Below, piece after piece: positions 53,325 through 64,000 of a DNA stretch of 64,000 nt. The stretch is from Glaucostegus cemiculus (lineage: Eukaryota). Made by a program: the position numbers and the translations under genes. Within the stretch, counting starts at the first letter, position 1. Each line of letters starts with the position of its first letter. Where the stretch lies: positions 17,050,001 to 17,114,000 of the forward strand of contig CDPCPM010000073.1 in assembly GCA_976551045.1 (NCBI GenBank), given 5' to 3'. The notes beneath the pieces are model-generated. The model was not told the DNA's origin. It worked only from the letters and a program-made list of their open reading frames with translations, and made no database searches.

Positions 53325-53800
53325 ATCATAAAGTCATGGAATCATAGAGTCACAGCTCACTGGGTCTACACTGACCATCAAGCACCCAATTAACATTAAT
53401 CCCATTGTATTCTCCCCACATTTCCATCAACTCCCTCAGATTCTATCACAGGGAACTTTACAGTGGCCAATTGACCTACCAATCTGCATGTTTTTGGGAT
53501 GTGGGAGGGAACTGGAGCACCTGGAGGAATCCTATTCAGTTCATAGGAAGAACATGCAAACTCTACACAGGTGACGGCTTTTTTGAAAATGAGTAGGTTA
53601 CCATTAACATTTCTACTGGAGCCCCTAATAAAATAGGAGAAACCTCTGGCTCTTGTGTGATATCAACCAGTGATTTCATTGCAGGATTTCAAAGGATGAA
53701 TAAGAAGGGTTATTTTGTGTTCAGCTGGCTCCTTTTAAAATGACTTGGGATTGTGGGAGCCCCTGAGGTGGGGATTGAACCCGGGTCTGCCCCTGCTCTC
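53325..53800 (-). mobile_element. V-SINE (older subfamily) split by a ~185-bp insert at 53572-53756
   Basis: GGGATGTGGGAGGGAACTGGAGCACC...CAAACTCTACACAG, resuming after the insert with AGCCCCTGAGGTGGGATTGAACCCGGGTCT (B box region). Confidence 0.7.
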
Positions 53801-54496
53801 CACCCTCCACCCATCACCACCTCTTTGCTCTTATTTCTTTTCCTTTATAAATGTTCTTGCTTGTGGTTCCATGAAACAATGGCACCCTTTCAGTATCATA
53901 AGCAATGAGTACTTTTGTCAGTGCATGATACCTGTACTAACCTAACATCCATGTCTACATCACTGCATTGAATTAAAACCCCACTTAAGTCTTTCTCTTC
54001 CCTCACTTATCCTAATTCAGGGAAATTGAAGAGAGTTGCAATTCTGCCACTCTTTCAAAAGCTGGCACAGATAAGAAGTCAAACCTTATAAGTATTTGTA
54101 ATTTAGCGGAACATTGTGCTGCGCAGTGCTTTTACCTACAGATATCAGATTTCACATAACCAAAAAGGAACTATTGTGTGACAAAACGATGATGAAATTG
54201 GCTGTGGTAGGAGTGCTCCATTGCTTATTGAGTTGCACACTCTACTGGAACCAGAACTCTTTCACCATACACAGCAGAAGCTCAGCATAAACCCATAGAT
54301 TTTCCAGTCGTATCAATGATGATGGCTTTTTTAAAATGAGTAGTTTGACATTAAGATTCCAGTTTCAAAAGTTAAGCCAGAACCCTGGCTCCTTTGTGAT
54401 GTCAACCAATGGTTTGACTGCAGGGCTTCAAGGGATGAATGAGAGGGGCTGTATTGAATACAGTTGACTCCTTTTTAAAACCACTTGGGATTGTGG
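53572..54496 (+). repeat. Dispersed direct repeat, ~180 bp (53572-53756 and 54320-54496)
   Basis: Both copies read TGAYGGCTTTTTT..AAATGAGTAG...CTGGCTC..TGTGATRTCAACCA...ACTTGGGATTGTGG. Confidence 0.85.
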
Positions 54497-55010
54497 AATT
54501 ATTTAGTGGGTTATACTATCTCTTTCAATTAATATATATTTTTTCCAAATGTTGAATGAAACCAACATTTGATTTACCAGCAAATTCTTCCAATCCATCA
54601 TGATTTACATTTTTGCTGTCCTTGAGATAGTAAAAGAAACTAACCATAAAATCATGACAGACACATCCAGACATAAACAAAAATAATGACTATCCCTTAG
54701 GATCCAATAATGAGTGGATTTAATTATGCCAGGAAATGTTAGTGGGCTGCCAACTTTGGAAGAAAAAGGTCAAACAGTAATACAGGAATCATTTTTAAAT
54801 TCCTCTTTTATCAAGCTGCGGTTAGAAAGAGCTTTTATGGACTAAATGGAGACATTAACGGAGATAATAAATTTCAAAAACAAAAGTTATTTGAGTAAAT
54901 TGACTCTGACAATATGCAATGCAGCTATTCCTATTCTTTGAAACAGGTGATGAGCTAATGAGTCCAAAGTCTTGAACACCTTTGGCTGATCTACCTATAA
55001 ATGAAGACAC

Positions 55011-55353
55011 TGGACGGCACGGTAGCATAGGTAGATGGCAGAGTAGCATGTGGACGGCACAGTAGCATAGTGGTTAGCACAATGCTTTACAGCGCCAGCA
55101 ATGCAGGTTCAAATCGGGCCACTGCCTGTAAGGAATTTGTACGTTCTCCCCATGTCTGTGTGGGCTTCCTCCGGGTGCTCCGGTTTCCTCCCACATTCCA
55201 AAGACATACAGGTTAGGAACTTATGGGCATGCTATGTTGGCGCCGGAAGCAGGGCGACACTTGTGGGCTGCCCCCCCAAAAATCACTACACAAAAAATGT
55301 ATTTCACTGTGTGTTTCGATGTACATGTGACAAATAAAGATCTTCTCTTATCT
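55011..55353 (+). mobile_element. V-SINE, same subfamily as the 45.3 kb copy, with triplicated 5' head
   Basis: Head units at 55011-55030, 55031-55050 (degenerate) and 55051-55070; A box TAGCATAGTGG, B box GGTTCAAATC; tail GTACATGTGACAAATAAAGATCTTCTCTTATCTT. Confidence 0.9.
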
Positions 55354-55589
55354 TGTCACTGCATGTAATTCATGGGCGATAAAACATCAGTTCCATTGCC
55401 TCCTTTTGCATGAATTCAGTACATTAGACCCATAAAAAATATTCCACCCAACCCAAAGAACCACAATGGGGAGTGCCTACTCCTATTCCTGTTATCCTTC
55501 CTTTTTTTTTCTCCCTTCTCATTTTTCTGCCTCGACTCAACTTCCAGCCAGGACCTCTTGGGTATAACACACAGGGCTGAACAAGCAGA

Positions 55590-56008
55590 TGCTCTGCTCA
55601 TTACTCTGGGTTGCTTGATTTAAAAATTCTCATTCCTGTTTTTGAATCCTGACATGGTCTTCCTCTTCCCTTTCTTCTGCAATCTTCTCTGGCTCTACAA
55701 ACTTCTGAGGTAGCTGCACTCATACAACTCTCGTCTCTTGACCACCTCCAAATTTAAGTGCTCCACCATTGACAGCCACGCCTTCAGCTGCCAAGCCCCT
55801 ATGTTCTGGAATTCTCTTCATGATCTTCTCTGCCTCTTTACCCCTCCATCTTATATGTTCCGTAGGGCCTACATGCAAACTTATGGTTTTGTTTTGTTTT
55901 TTACATGGCTTGGCATCAATTTTTGTTTGATATTTTGGGATGTTTTTCCAAATTAACTGTTTTTCTATGTTAAATATTGTTGTTGTATGAATGCAAGTTG
56001 TTGTTGTT
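55590..56008 (+). mobile_element. L2 LINE 3' end
   Basis: GATTTAAAATTCTCATTCC...CCACCATTGACAGCCACGCCTTCAGC...CTGGAATTCTCT...AATGCAAGTTGTTGTTG. Confidence 0.65.
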
Positions 56009-56134
56009 TTACATTATCCCTTCCTCCTTCAGCCATGATGTTGGGGTGTGATGTTGGCTTCATGATTCAGAAAAACCAATACCCTGTCACTCTTAGGGAA
56101 CAAATGTTGACCCTTCACAAGAATGATCCCAGGA

Positions 56135-56606
56135 ATAAAAGACTTAACCTACAAGGAGTCTTTGTCTCTGGGCCTGTATTTGATGGAGTTCTGAAGGATG
56201 AGGGGGGGATCTCATTGAGACCTACTGGACACTGAAAGGTCTGGATAGAGTGGACATAGAGAGGATGTTTCCATTAGTAGAAGAGCCTAGGATCCGAGGG
56301 GACAGTCTCAGAATAAAGACATGTCCCTTTAAATGTGAGATGAGGAGGAATTTCTTCAACCAGAGGGTGGTGAATCTGTGGAATCCATTGCCACAGAGGG
56401 CTGTGGAAGCCAAGTCACTGGGTGTATTTAAGACAGAGACTAGTAAATTCTTGATTGGTAAGGGGGTTAATGGTTAAAGGGGTTAATGGTTAAAGGGAGA
56501 AGACAGGAGAATGGGGTTGAAAAAAAATCAGCCATGATTTAATGGCAGAGCAGACTCAATGGGCCAAATGGTCTAATTCTGCTCCTATATCTCATGGTCT
56601 TATGGT
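56135..56606 (+). mobile_element. CR1 LINE 3' fragment (with an internal 16-bp tandem duplication near 56462-56493)
   Basis: ORF 56250-56477 DIERMFPLV...RGDSLRIK...MRRNFFNQRVVNLWNPLPQRAVEAKSLGVFK; tail GCTCCTATATCTCATGGTCTTATGG. Confidence 0.92.
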
Positions 56607-58624
56607 TTCCAACTGTAAATATTGCCTACTTCCTGTTCCTCCATTTCTCTTTCCCTTCTCCCAACCTGAGACCCACTTCTAGCCCTAGGTTTCCATCTAA
56701 CAGCCAATCCTGAGCTGGAAAAGGTCTGCCTATCTGATAGGTGAATACCATGTATATAAAGACTGGGACTGGGGCTTGGATCTCAGGTGTGAGAATCCTT
56801 GGAATTGCTCCATGAAAATAGGTCAAGGTACACCTAGTTGCCAATAGAACTTTACAATGCCCACTACCATCCTGGTAGTTGCTTGATAGAGTGATAATGG
56901 AGTGGTTGAGTAGTATTGGGAATCAAGCTTTGCCATTTGAACTACAAATGGCTCATGCATGGCACAAGTAAGACCCTGGTGGTGAAGAGCTTTGGGAATT
57001 ATTGAACTAGAGTCATTGTTTCGTCCCACAAAAGCAACACTTTCCATACCTCATATCTCAACTTATTTGTCCACTGTATCCCAAAGTATTATATTGTGAC
57101 AATGGTTTGTCTAACTTGTTGGAAGGCAACCATTAGAGTTCTACAAATTAAATTCTAAATGAAGTTCATAGTCAGTAACAATAAGTCGTGATGTTCTCTT
57201 AAAAGGTTTGCAATGCATTCCATAAAGAATTATGTTGAAACATTAATATGGTTAAAATTTAATCAGGCTTTTTTTTGTGTGTTTGGAGTTAAGATGCAAT
57301 GTACCTGAGAAGCATCTTTACTAGCAGATGTAAAAAAACTTCAGAAATTTTCATTTTCTTATCCTTTATCCCAGTCTCTGGTTTCCTATTTGACCTTTTC
57401 TCGGCACTGGCCAAGGCCAGCGTTGGATATCCCGTGGTGTTTTGTTTCTCAGTTACTGGTGATAGCTTGACGTGCCCTCAAGTTCACTACTCGAATTCAC
57501 TCCCAATTATTGTGTAATAACTGAATTATAAGTAGGTCTGATTTCCTTTAATAAGATAAACTGTGCAAAGTTGTTTTGTTGAAAGCTGCAAATGTGCAAC
57601 ATTGCTGTTGGATGTCAAAGATCATATTCAAGTTGCATCACTCATTAGTGGGTTCAGGCCTCTTTGATACAGCCAGTTCACTTTCATTTCCCCTAAAAAT
57701 TCTTTTCTAATTGCACTTCTTAAAAATATTGTTGGATCTGATGCTGATTAGCCTTTTGGCACATAGATATTAAAAGAAAGATGTACCATTGAGAACATGC
57801 CCCAGGACCTCTAGCTGGGTCTCACAGTGTGGAGATGTGAAATGTTTGATTCTTTGGAAGGAATCAACAGATTTAAGTAATTAGAATTAAAGGATTTCCT
57901 GTTGCTTGAAGCAACCTCAGTTTAATTGCTGCTGGACTTCTTGCTCTTTGCTGAGTGAAATCCTTGTAAGTTGGCAGTCTGTGACCAGCCACCAGAATTT
58001 CAACAGCTGCAGCACACATTCAAACTGTGGGGAGCTTTGATACTGAGATCCAGCTGATCATGAAGATGGCAAAACACATCTTCAAAAGCAAGAAGGAATA
58101 CATTTTGATCTAATTGTGAAAGAATGGAAATATTTAATTATATGTTATAGAACATGTGGTGGAAGTTCAGTTTTGTCACTAAAAACACCAGTGGGGTCTA
58201 ATTTTCTTTTTTTTTCTTCCTCACCTTCAACTCTCACCCCTGACACACCATCCCAGCTTCTATCTATTTATTGTTTTTGCCGACGTTAAACAGATATCCC
58301 CATTGCATTTAAATTATTCTTTGGTTCATAACCTAAATATTCCTTTGCATATTAGAATAATTTATTTCTGCAGGCAGTTTTAGACCAAAGCTACGATGAT
58401 GGGGTCTTTAATCATTCCAAAATGGCAGAATGGAGAAGTTGATGATAGGGGAAAGACAGATTTCAGAGTAAGGAGGTGTGCAGCTGATGGATGGTTTAAC
58501 TTCACTAGCAGAGGAAATTAATTTGTTTGGAAAATCCTTCAGTATGTATAGGTCCATGTTCCAGAAATTTAGGGATAAAAAAAATAACAAGCAAAAAGTT
58601 TGTTTAAGCAAGACCCAGCAGCCA

Positions 58625-58890
58625 ACTGAGGCACAGCAAGATCCCATTAACAGCAAATGAATGATTAACTAAGCAACCCACTTTCTAGGAATGTTGGCCA
58701 GGAAGACAGGCAAGCTCCTTGCTCCTTCTCTGCCTTTGTCACTGGGCAGGTGCCTGGCCCAAAAAGAAACATTGCAGATAGTAAAGGAGGGCTGCATTAA
58801 AATGTCAGCCTAGGTTGTACATCTGTGTCTGTCGTGGTATCTGAATATGCAGCTTCTGAATTCAGAGGCAAGAGTGCTTCCAACTCTGAC
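58625..58890 (-). mobile_element. Deu-domain SINE remnant
   Basis: GCACAGCAAGATCCCA...AATGTCAGCCTAG...TCAGAGGCAAGAGTGCT. Confidence 0.55.
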
Positions 58891-60022
58891 CCACATCCTG
58901 GAGTTTGTACAGAGAACGTGTGATTGAGGTCACTGCTTGCTTGAGTGAGTGGCTTCAATGACACTTTAGAAATGTTCCGTAAAACTGGAAAAGTAGGAAA
59001 CCAAGTGGCAATGTGGTTGATAAGTAACCCAGACTATTTTAACTTGCCCAGTTTTGCCAGCCACGTAGTATTATAATTTCCTCAATCTTCACCCTCCCCA
59101 CCCCAAATGTAATATCTCAGCAGAACTTTATTGTGTCACCATGATTTTTTCTACTCTAAGGCTGGTTGTACCACAATTGAGGCTAAATATTTTTGGCTCT
59201 GGATCAATGAAAACTGTTTATTTTAATCTGGGTACTAAGTCATAAGGAGCTAATTTCTGGGACGACCTCCTAGGAGTAAGATCCACATTGCTTCACTGTG
59301 TAAGCACACTGCGTGTGTGACAATGTTTCTAAAAGGATCTCTGTGTAATTACCAAAGAACTTTGCACATTTTATTTTTTGTGTGCCTTTAGTGACATTAC
59401 TGATCTGACCTGTTTATTTCCTGGCACTCTCAGTAGGTATGAGTCCAGTGGCAGACTTTTGCTTCTTAAGTTTAATTTTAGACTGAAGAAATTCAAATCC
59501 TCTCCACTTATGTAGCAGTTTTCTTGGGTACATTTTAAAGATCACACTTGATTTTAAATTTTTACATTCATCATAAATGGGGTAACTGTCATAACAAATA
59601 GGAATAGGCCATTCCACCAATCAATAACACTAGGGTTGATCTTTCTACCTCAGTGACACGTTCCTACATTAACCCCACATCCCTTTGATTGCCTTAATTT
59701 CCAAAACATAAATCATTTGAGCTCTGTGTTTGATATACTGACTTGACTACTTGCAAGATGGTACTAGGTGGTCAATTCTAAACCTTCCCTCATTGAGAAC
59801 TGGAACTAAGCTTCTGCAAGCCCATTAAAGGAAATAAAGACAAAAGTGAGAGGAAAAATCTATTGAGAACAGAAACAGACCAAGGAGGATATGTTGCCTG
59901 AAACATCTCAGTAGGTTATAGAGCCAGTCTGATGCTGTTCATAGTTTCTTTGAAGAACCTTTAATTAAGTTTAAAGACCACTTACCCAACACTTTGGATC
60001 AGTCTCAATCCCCTTTATCCAC

Positions 60023-60307
60023 TTGAGATAAGGAGGAATTTCTTTAGCCAGGGGGTGGTGAACCTGTGGAACTCCTTACCACAGAAAGCAGTGGAAGCCA
60101 GATCATTGGGGATATTCAAGAAGGAAATAGATAGATATCTAATTGGTCAAGGTATCAAGGGATATGGAGATAAGGCAGGGATTTGGACTTAGAATAGTAG
60201 GTTTTTTTTTCCTTAACCTCTTTTTTTCCCCACCCTCCCTTCCCTATGGAGCAGACTCGATGGGCCGACTGGCCTGCTTCTGCTCCATTATCTTGTGATC
60301 TTGTGAT
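60023..60307 (+). mobile_element. CR1 LINE 3' fragment
   Basis: IRRNFFSQGVVNLWNSLPQKAVEARSLGIFKKEIDRYLI; tail GGGCCGACTGGCCTGCTTCTGCTCC...(CTTGTGAT)2. Confidence 0.9.
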
Positions 60308-60821
60308 TTATATATTTTTCAGTCCCTTATTTTCATAGATACCCAGCCTTTATTTATTCTGTATCTTTCGCTGGCAGCCTGCTGCACCAAACTTTCCTCC
60401 CAGTATGTTTTTCCTTTTTTTTAATTAGCTCTTTAGATCTAAAGGTGAGATTAGCAGAAATGACATTGGTTCTGCCCGCTGGGAATAATACCCTAAGACA
60501 GTATTCCAGCAGCCCGAGCTCTTGATTCATAGAATTAAGTGTGAATCACACCTCAGTCAAAGGCCATTCATCCCAGCTGGTCGATGCTGGTGCTTAAACT
60601 CAAGATGAGGCTCACTGCTCTCCTCCTTCATCTCACACCATCACCATCTTACCTTACTGCTTTTTCCACTCAAGTGTTTATCAAACTACCCCTTAAATGG
60701 AACCATGCTATTTTCACTCCACATAACAAGTTCTACTGTCAAAACACTCTCTAGGTAAAGAAATTTCTCCTAAAATCCTGACTGATTCTATTATTTTATT
60801 ATTTTATATGTGTCAAAGAAT

Positions 60822-61209
60822 TTGCATTTACAAAGCTCCTTTCATGAACTCAAGATGGCCAGTGAAGTACTTTTTGAAGGGTAGTCATTGTTGAACAATG
60901 GAAAATGTAGTAGTCAATTTGCCCACAAACTCCTCACAGAAACAGCAGTATGATATTGACATGACAATCTATTTTAGTGCTATTGATTGAATGATAGATG
61001 TTGGCACCAGACACAACTTCCATCGCCTACTGGCAAGTTCATGGCACGGCATCCAGCTGAGAGAGCAGATGTCTCAACCAAAAGACAGTATCTCCAACAG
61101 GGCAGCACTTCCCAGTGCAGCGCTGCACCGTTAGCTCAAGCCTCTGGAGTGGGATTTGAGCTTCCAACTCAGTGACACAGAGGTGAGGGTGCTACCAATT
61201 GAATCACAC
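60822..61209 (-). mobile_element. Deu-domain SINE
   Basis: TGAAGTACTTTTTGAAG...CAAGCCTCTGGAGTGGGATTTGA...CAGAGGTGAGGGTGCTACC. Confidence 0.7.
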
Positions 61210-63384
61210 CTGACGTTAAACTTATGTTTCTGACCCCCTGTGTGCATGCAATGGGAAAGAAAGGTACAATGGGCCATATGGATTCTGTGAATTTCTTTTT
61301 GTTTTTTTTAAACGTCGTGTTGCTGAAATTTGGAATGTCTGGATTTTCACAATGTTGCATCTGTGTTCTCTGTTTTATTGTTTGAGCATAAGAGTTAAAC
61401 CATGATGTCATCAGTCACAGGGGTTAGAATATCTGTCTGCTGTTGAATGATCACTCAAAGTCTTCAGATCAAGGAGGATGAAAATAATGAAGGGAAAAAT
61501 CTTTCCAATATCTTTCTTTCATTCTCTTACTATTTAGCCTTGGCTTCATGTGGGATGTGCTCTGGCCTTTGCGTTGGGAGCTGGTATTCACTGTGGCCAA
61601 GAAATCACAGAGCCTCTATAAATGTCACCATTCTCCCGATGCAGAAATGATTTAGTGAGAAGTCTCCTGCTGCACTTCGAGTTGCATCGTGGTAACGTGT
61701 AGATGTGCTTGTTGCCACTGAGAGCAAAAGTAGCCTTTGCCAGTGTTGGAAACCATGCTATTGTAGAGCCTTGGCAATCTTTATGGCTGGGGGGAATGTC
61801 CAATTGTAGCACTACCCAGCATGTGATCAGTGTTATTGAAGTTTCCAGCAGCATGAGATTGGAAAAGCATAATGGTTGTAAATGCAGTTAACAATAGTTT
61901 ACAGTGATTTACTCAATCTTTAATGTAGAAAAATATCTTCAGGCACTTTACAGAAGAATGATCAGAACATAATTCAAAATTAAAAGAAGAATCACTGAAA
62001 TAGTTAATTCTGCATGTTTAAAAAAATTCTGTAAGTTGGTTACTTGGGATAATAGTGTAATATCTTTTCAGTGGAGCTATATATAGTTCCAAAATGATAC
62101 TGTCAGAATATCGGTGGGTGGTAATAGTTCTATATCAGCTACTTCCTGTCAGAGGAGATCGCTATGTAATTATAAGGGGGCTTCCTTTCAGATGTCCAGT
62201 AGATAATCTGAATTGATTTACCATGTACAGAACAAAAATTGCTCGAAGACATGCAAGATTTTCCCATGTGATAAAGGATGTCCGGCAGATATCTGTTTGA
62301 CTGGTTTCTCTGTTCTGAGATCCAATGAAACAATGTTTTATTAATTTAAACAATTTCAGCTAATATTAGTCAAATAACTTAAAGAAACTTAATCTAACAT
62401 CTATATTTTGTTGGAAGGAAAGCATTAATGTGATATTTCTGCCTGTAACTAGTTACGCCAGCAATATGTTTTGATATGACCAAGATCACTAATCACTTGC
62501 TATGCTAGTTTCCTCAAATCATTTGTATTTGAAGAGCAGATTTTAAAGTGACTTCACACTAAAACCACATATGATTTATTACAAAGCACAGCATATACCT
62601 ATCAAGTGAAGACTTTGGCTTAATCACTGTGTTTTGAATTCTGATCACATTACCAAATGTCAGTGTATTTATAGCTGGTTTAGACCTGCATCAATGTCTT
62701 TCAGTAGCTTTTATTTACATATCTGAGTGTCATTCCAATGCAGTTTTTTTGAGATTCCGGTGGCTTATTTTCCCTGAGTTGAAGTTGGTTAAAAATTTAT
62801 GTTCAAAACCCATTAACGACAACCAGTTTTCAATTAAATTTATTAGTACAGGTTAATCAAAAAATCCCTGCAACAGACTTCCATCTAACCTCAGACCTGC
62901 TGCATTCTGTTGTTTTTCCTTGATCTCAGTGGGTCTGAATTTTGATAGGTGTCAACTGCTGTCATCAGTGCTTTCAGTCACACTGTATATACTCTGAAAG
63001 GAATGAACGTCTGAATCAAATTTCTATCTGTTGATGCAGATAAGTTGAATCTATGTTGAAAAGCCAAGAGTTTGGATTCATCCACTATTTATGCTTAGTT
63101 ATCTATTAGTGTCAATCAGAAATCGAATCAAGGGTAACAGTGAATTTAAATATTATTTATTTATAGCAATTAGCAGCAATGCATTAACGTTCTATATAAT
63201 CAGAATCCGAATGTACAAGTTTCTAAATACTTTCAGTGAAGAGAATCACAGATCCCTCTATCACTGACAAAATGAGTAAAAGTTTGAGGAAGTTAAATTC
63301 TGAACAGACCTAACGTGATCAAAAATACAATGCTGCCTAAATTTTGACAACTTTTCCCCCATATTCCCACATTGTCTGTTCTTT

Positions 63385-63657
63385 GTATTCTCAAATGCCA
63401 GAGGACATGCATTTAAGGTGAGGGGGGCAAGTTTTTTATACAGAGGGTGGTAGGTGCCAGGAATGTGCTGCCAGGGGTGTTGGTAAAAGCAGATATGATA
63501 GTAGCTGCTAAGAGGTTTTTAGATAGACACATGAATATACAGGAACTGTAAGGATATGGATCATGTGCAGGCAGAAGAGATTTAATTTAATGTTCAGCGC
63601 AGACATCGTGGGCCAAAGGGCCTGTTCCTGTGCTGTACTGTTCTATGCTCTATGCTT
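63385..63657 (+). mobile_element. CR1/HER LINE 3' fragment
   Basis: TTTTATACAGAGGGTGGTAGGTGCC...TTAGATAGACACATG...GTGGGCCAAAGGGCCTGTTCCTGTGCTGTACTGTTCTATG. Confidence 0.85.
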
Positions 63658-63861
63658 GTGATGGCTCTTTGGAATTGCTATTAAATATAGCACTGCTCAT
63701 CACTGAAATGTCACGCAGCTACTGGATTAGATGTCATACTCTGATACCCATACCTGCTCACTGGATTCATTGTTTCAGAAAGTGTCCACAAAAGATTCAA
63801 GAATGTGCTCTCAGCTTCCTTGAGGAAATGCCCATCAACTCCTGGGAATCTCTCTAATATA

Positions 63862-64000
63862 ATTCAAAAACAGAAAATGCTGGAAACCCTCAGCAAGTCA
63901 GCCAGCACCTATGGAAAGAGAAACAAATTTAATATTTCAGGTCTGAGACCCTTAGTCAGAACTATGATAAAGAGAAAACAAGTTAGCTTTCAGTTGCAGA
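63862..64000 (-). mobile_element. Penelope-like terminal fragment (runs off the window)
   Basis: ACAGAAAATGCTGGAAACCCTCAGCAAGTCAG...GAAAGAGAAACA...TTTCAGGTCTGAGACCCTT. Confidence 0.7.

Larger units (their letters stand above)
7246..64000 (+). other. Intron following the first coding exon of HS3ST (over 56 kb, 3' end outside the window)
   Basis: GT donor at 7246; no MPRTLDGQITMEKTPSYF-like exon-2 ORF in the six-frame track. Confidence 0.8.

Noticed and set aside
55051-55125. tRNA gene
   Set aside because: The A and B boxes belong to a SINE head that continues directly into the V domain; there is no cloverleaf 3' half or terminator.
58360-58660. Possible internal exon after TTTCTGCAG
   Set aside because: All three frames close quickly and nothing resembles HS3ST exon 2.
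61680-61870. Minus-strand GNFN...LGS resembling a LINE APE endonuclease motif
   Set aside because: A single short degenerate motif; insufficient support.

Overview
Vertebrate genomic DNA, most likely a cartilaginous fish (shark or ray), judged from its repeat families: HE1/V-SINE-like and Deu-domain SINEs, CR1/HER, L2, RTE and Rex1-type LINEs, and Penelope-like elements. The only host coding sequence is the first coding exon (6782-7245, + strand) of a heparan sulfate glucosamine 3-O-sulfotransferase, most similar to HS3ST6. It is followed by an intron of more than 56 kb that runs off the window; exon 2 is not visible. The rest is AT-rich non-coding DNA with many retroelement fragments, a probable solo LTR, a near-consensus CTCF site, a GC-rich probable Harbinger/Myb-SANT relic, and mini- and microsatellites. 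I cannot support a wholly new biological system from sequence alone. The best leads are SINEs with triplicated 5' heads and a swapped LINE tail, nested inverted repeat pairs in the intron, a ~180-bp local duplicate inserted inside a SINE, a sense-oriented solo LTR with a full promoter, hammerhead-like cores in Penelope termini, and uORFs overlapping the HS3ST start. Family names come from recalled motifs, not database searches, and repeat boundaries are approximate.
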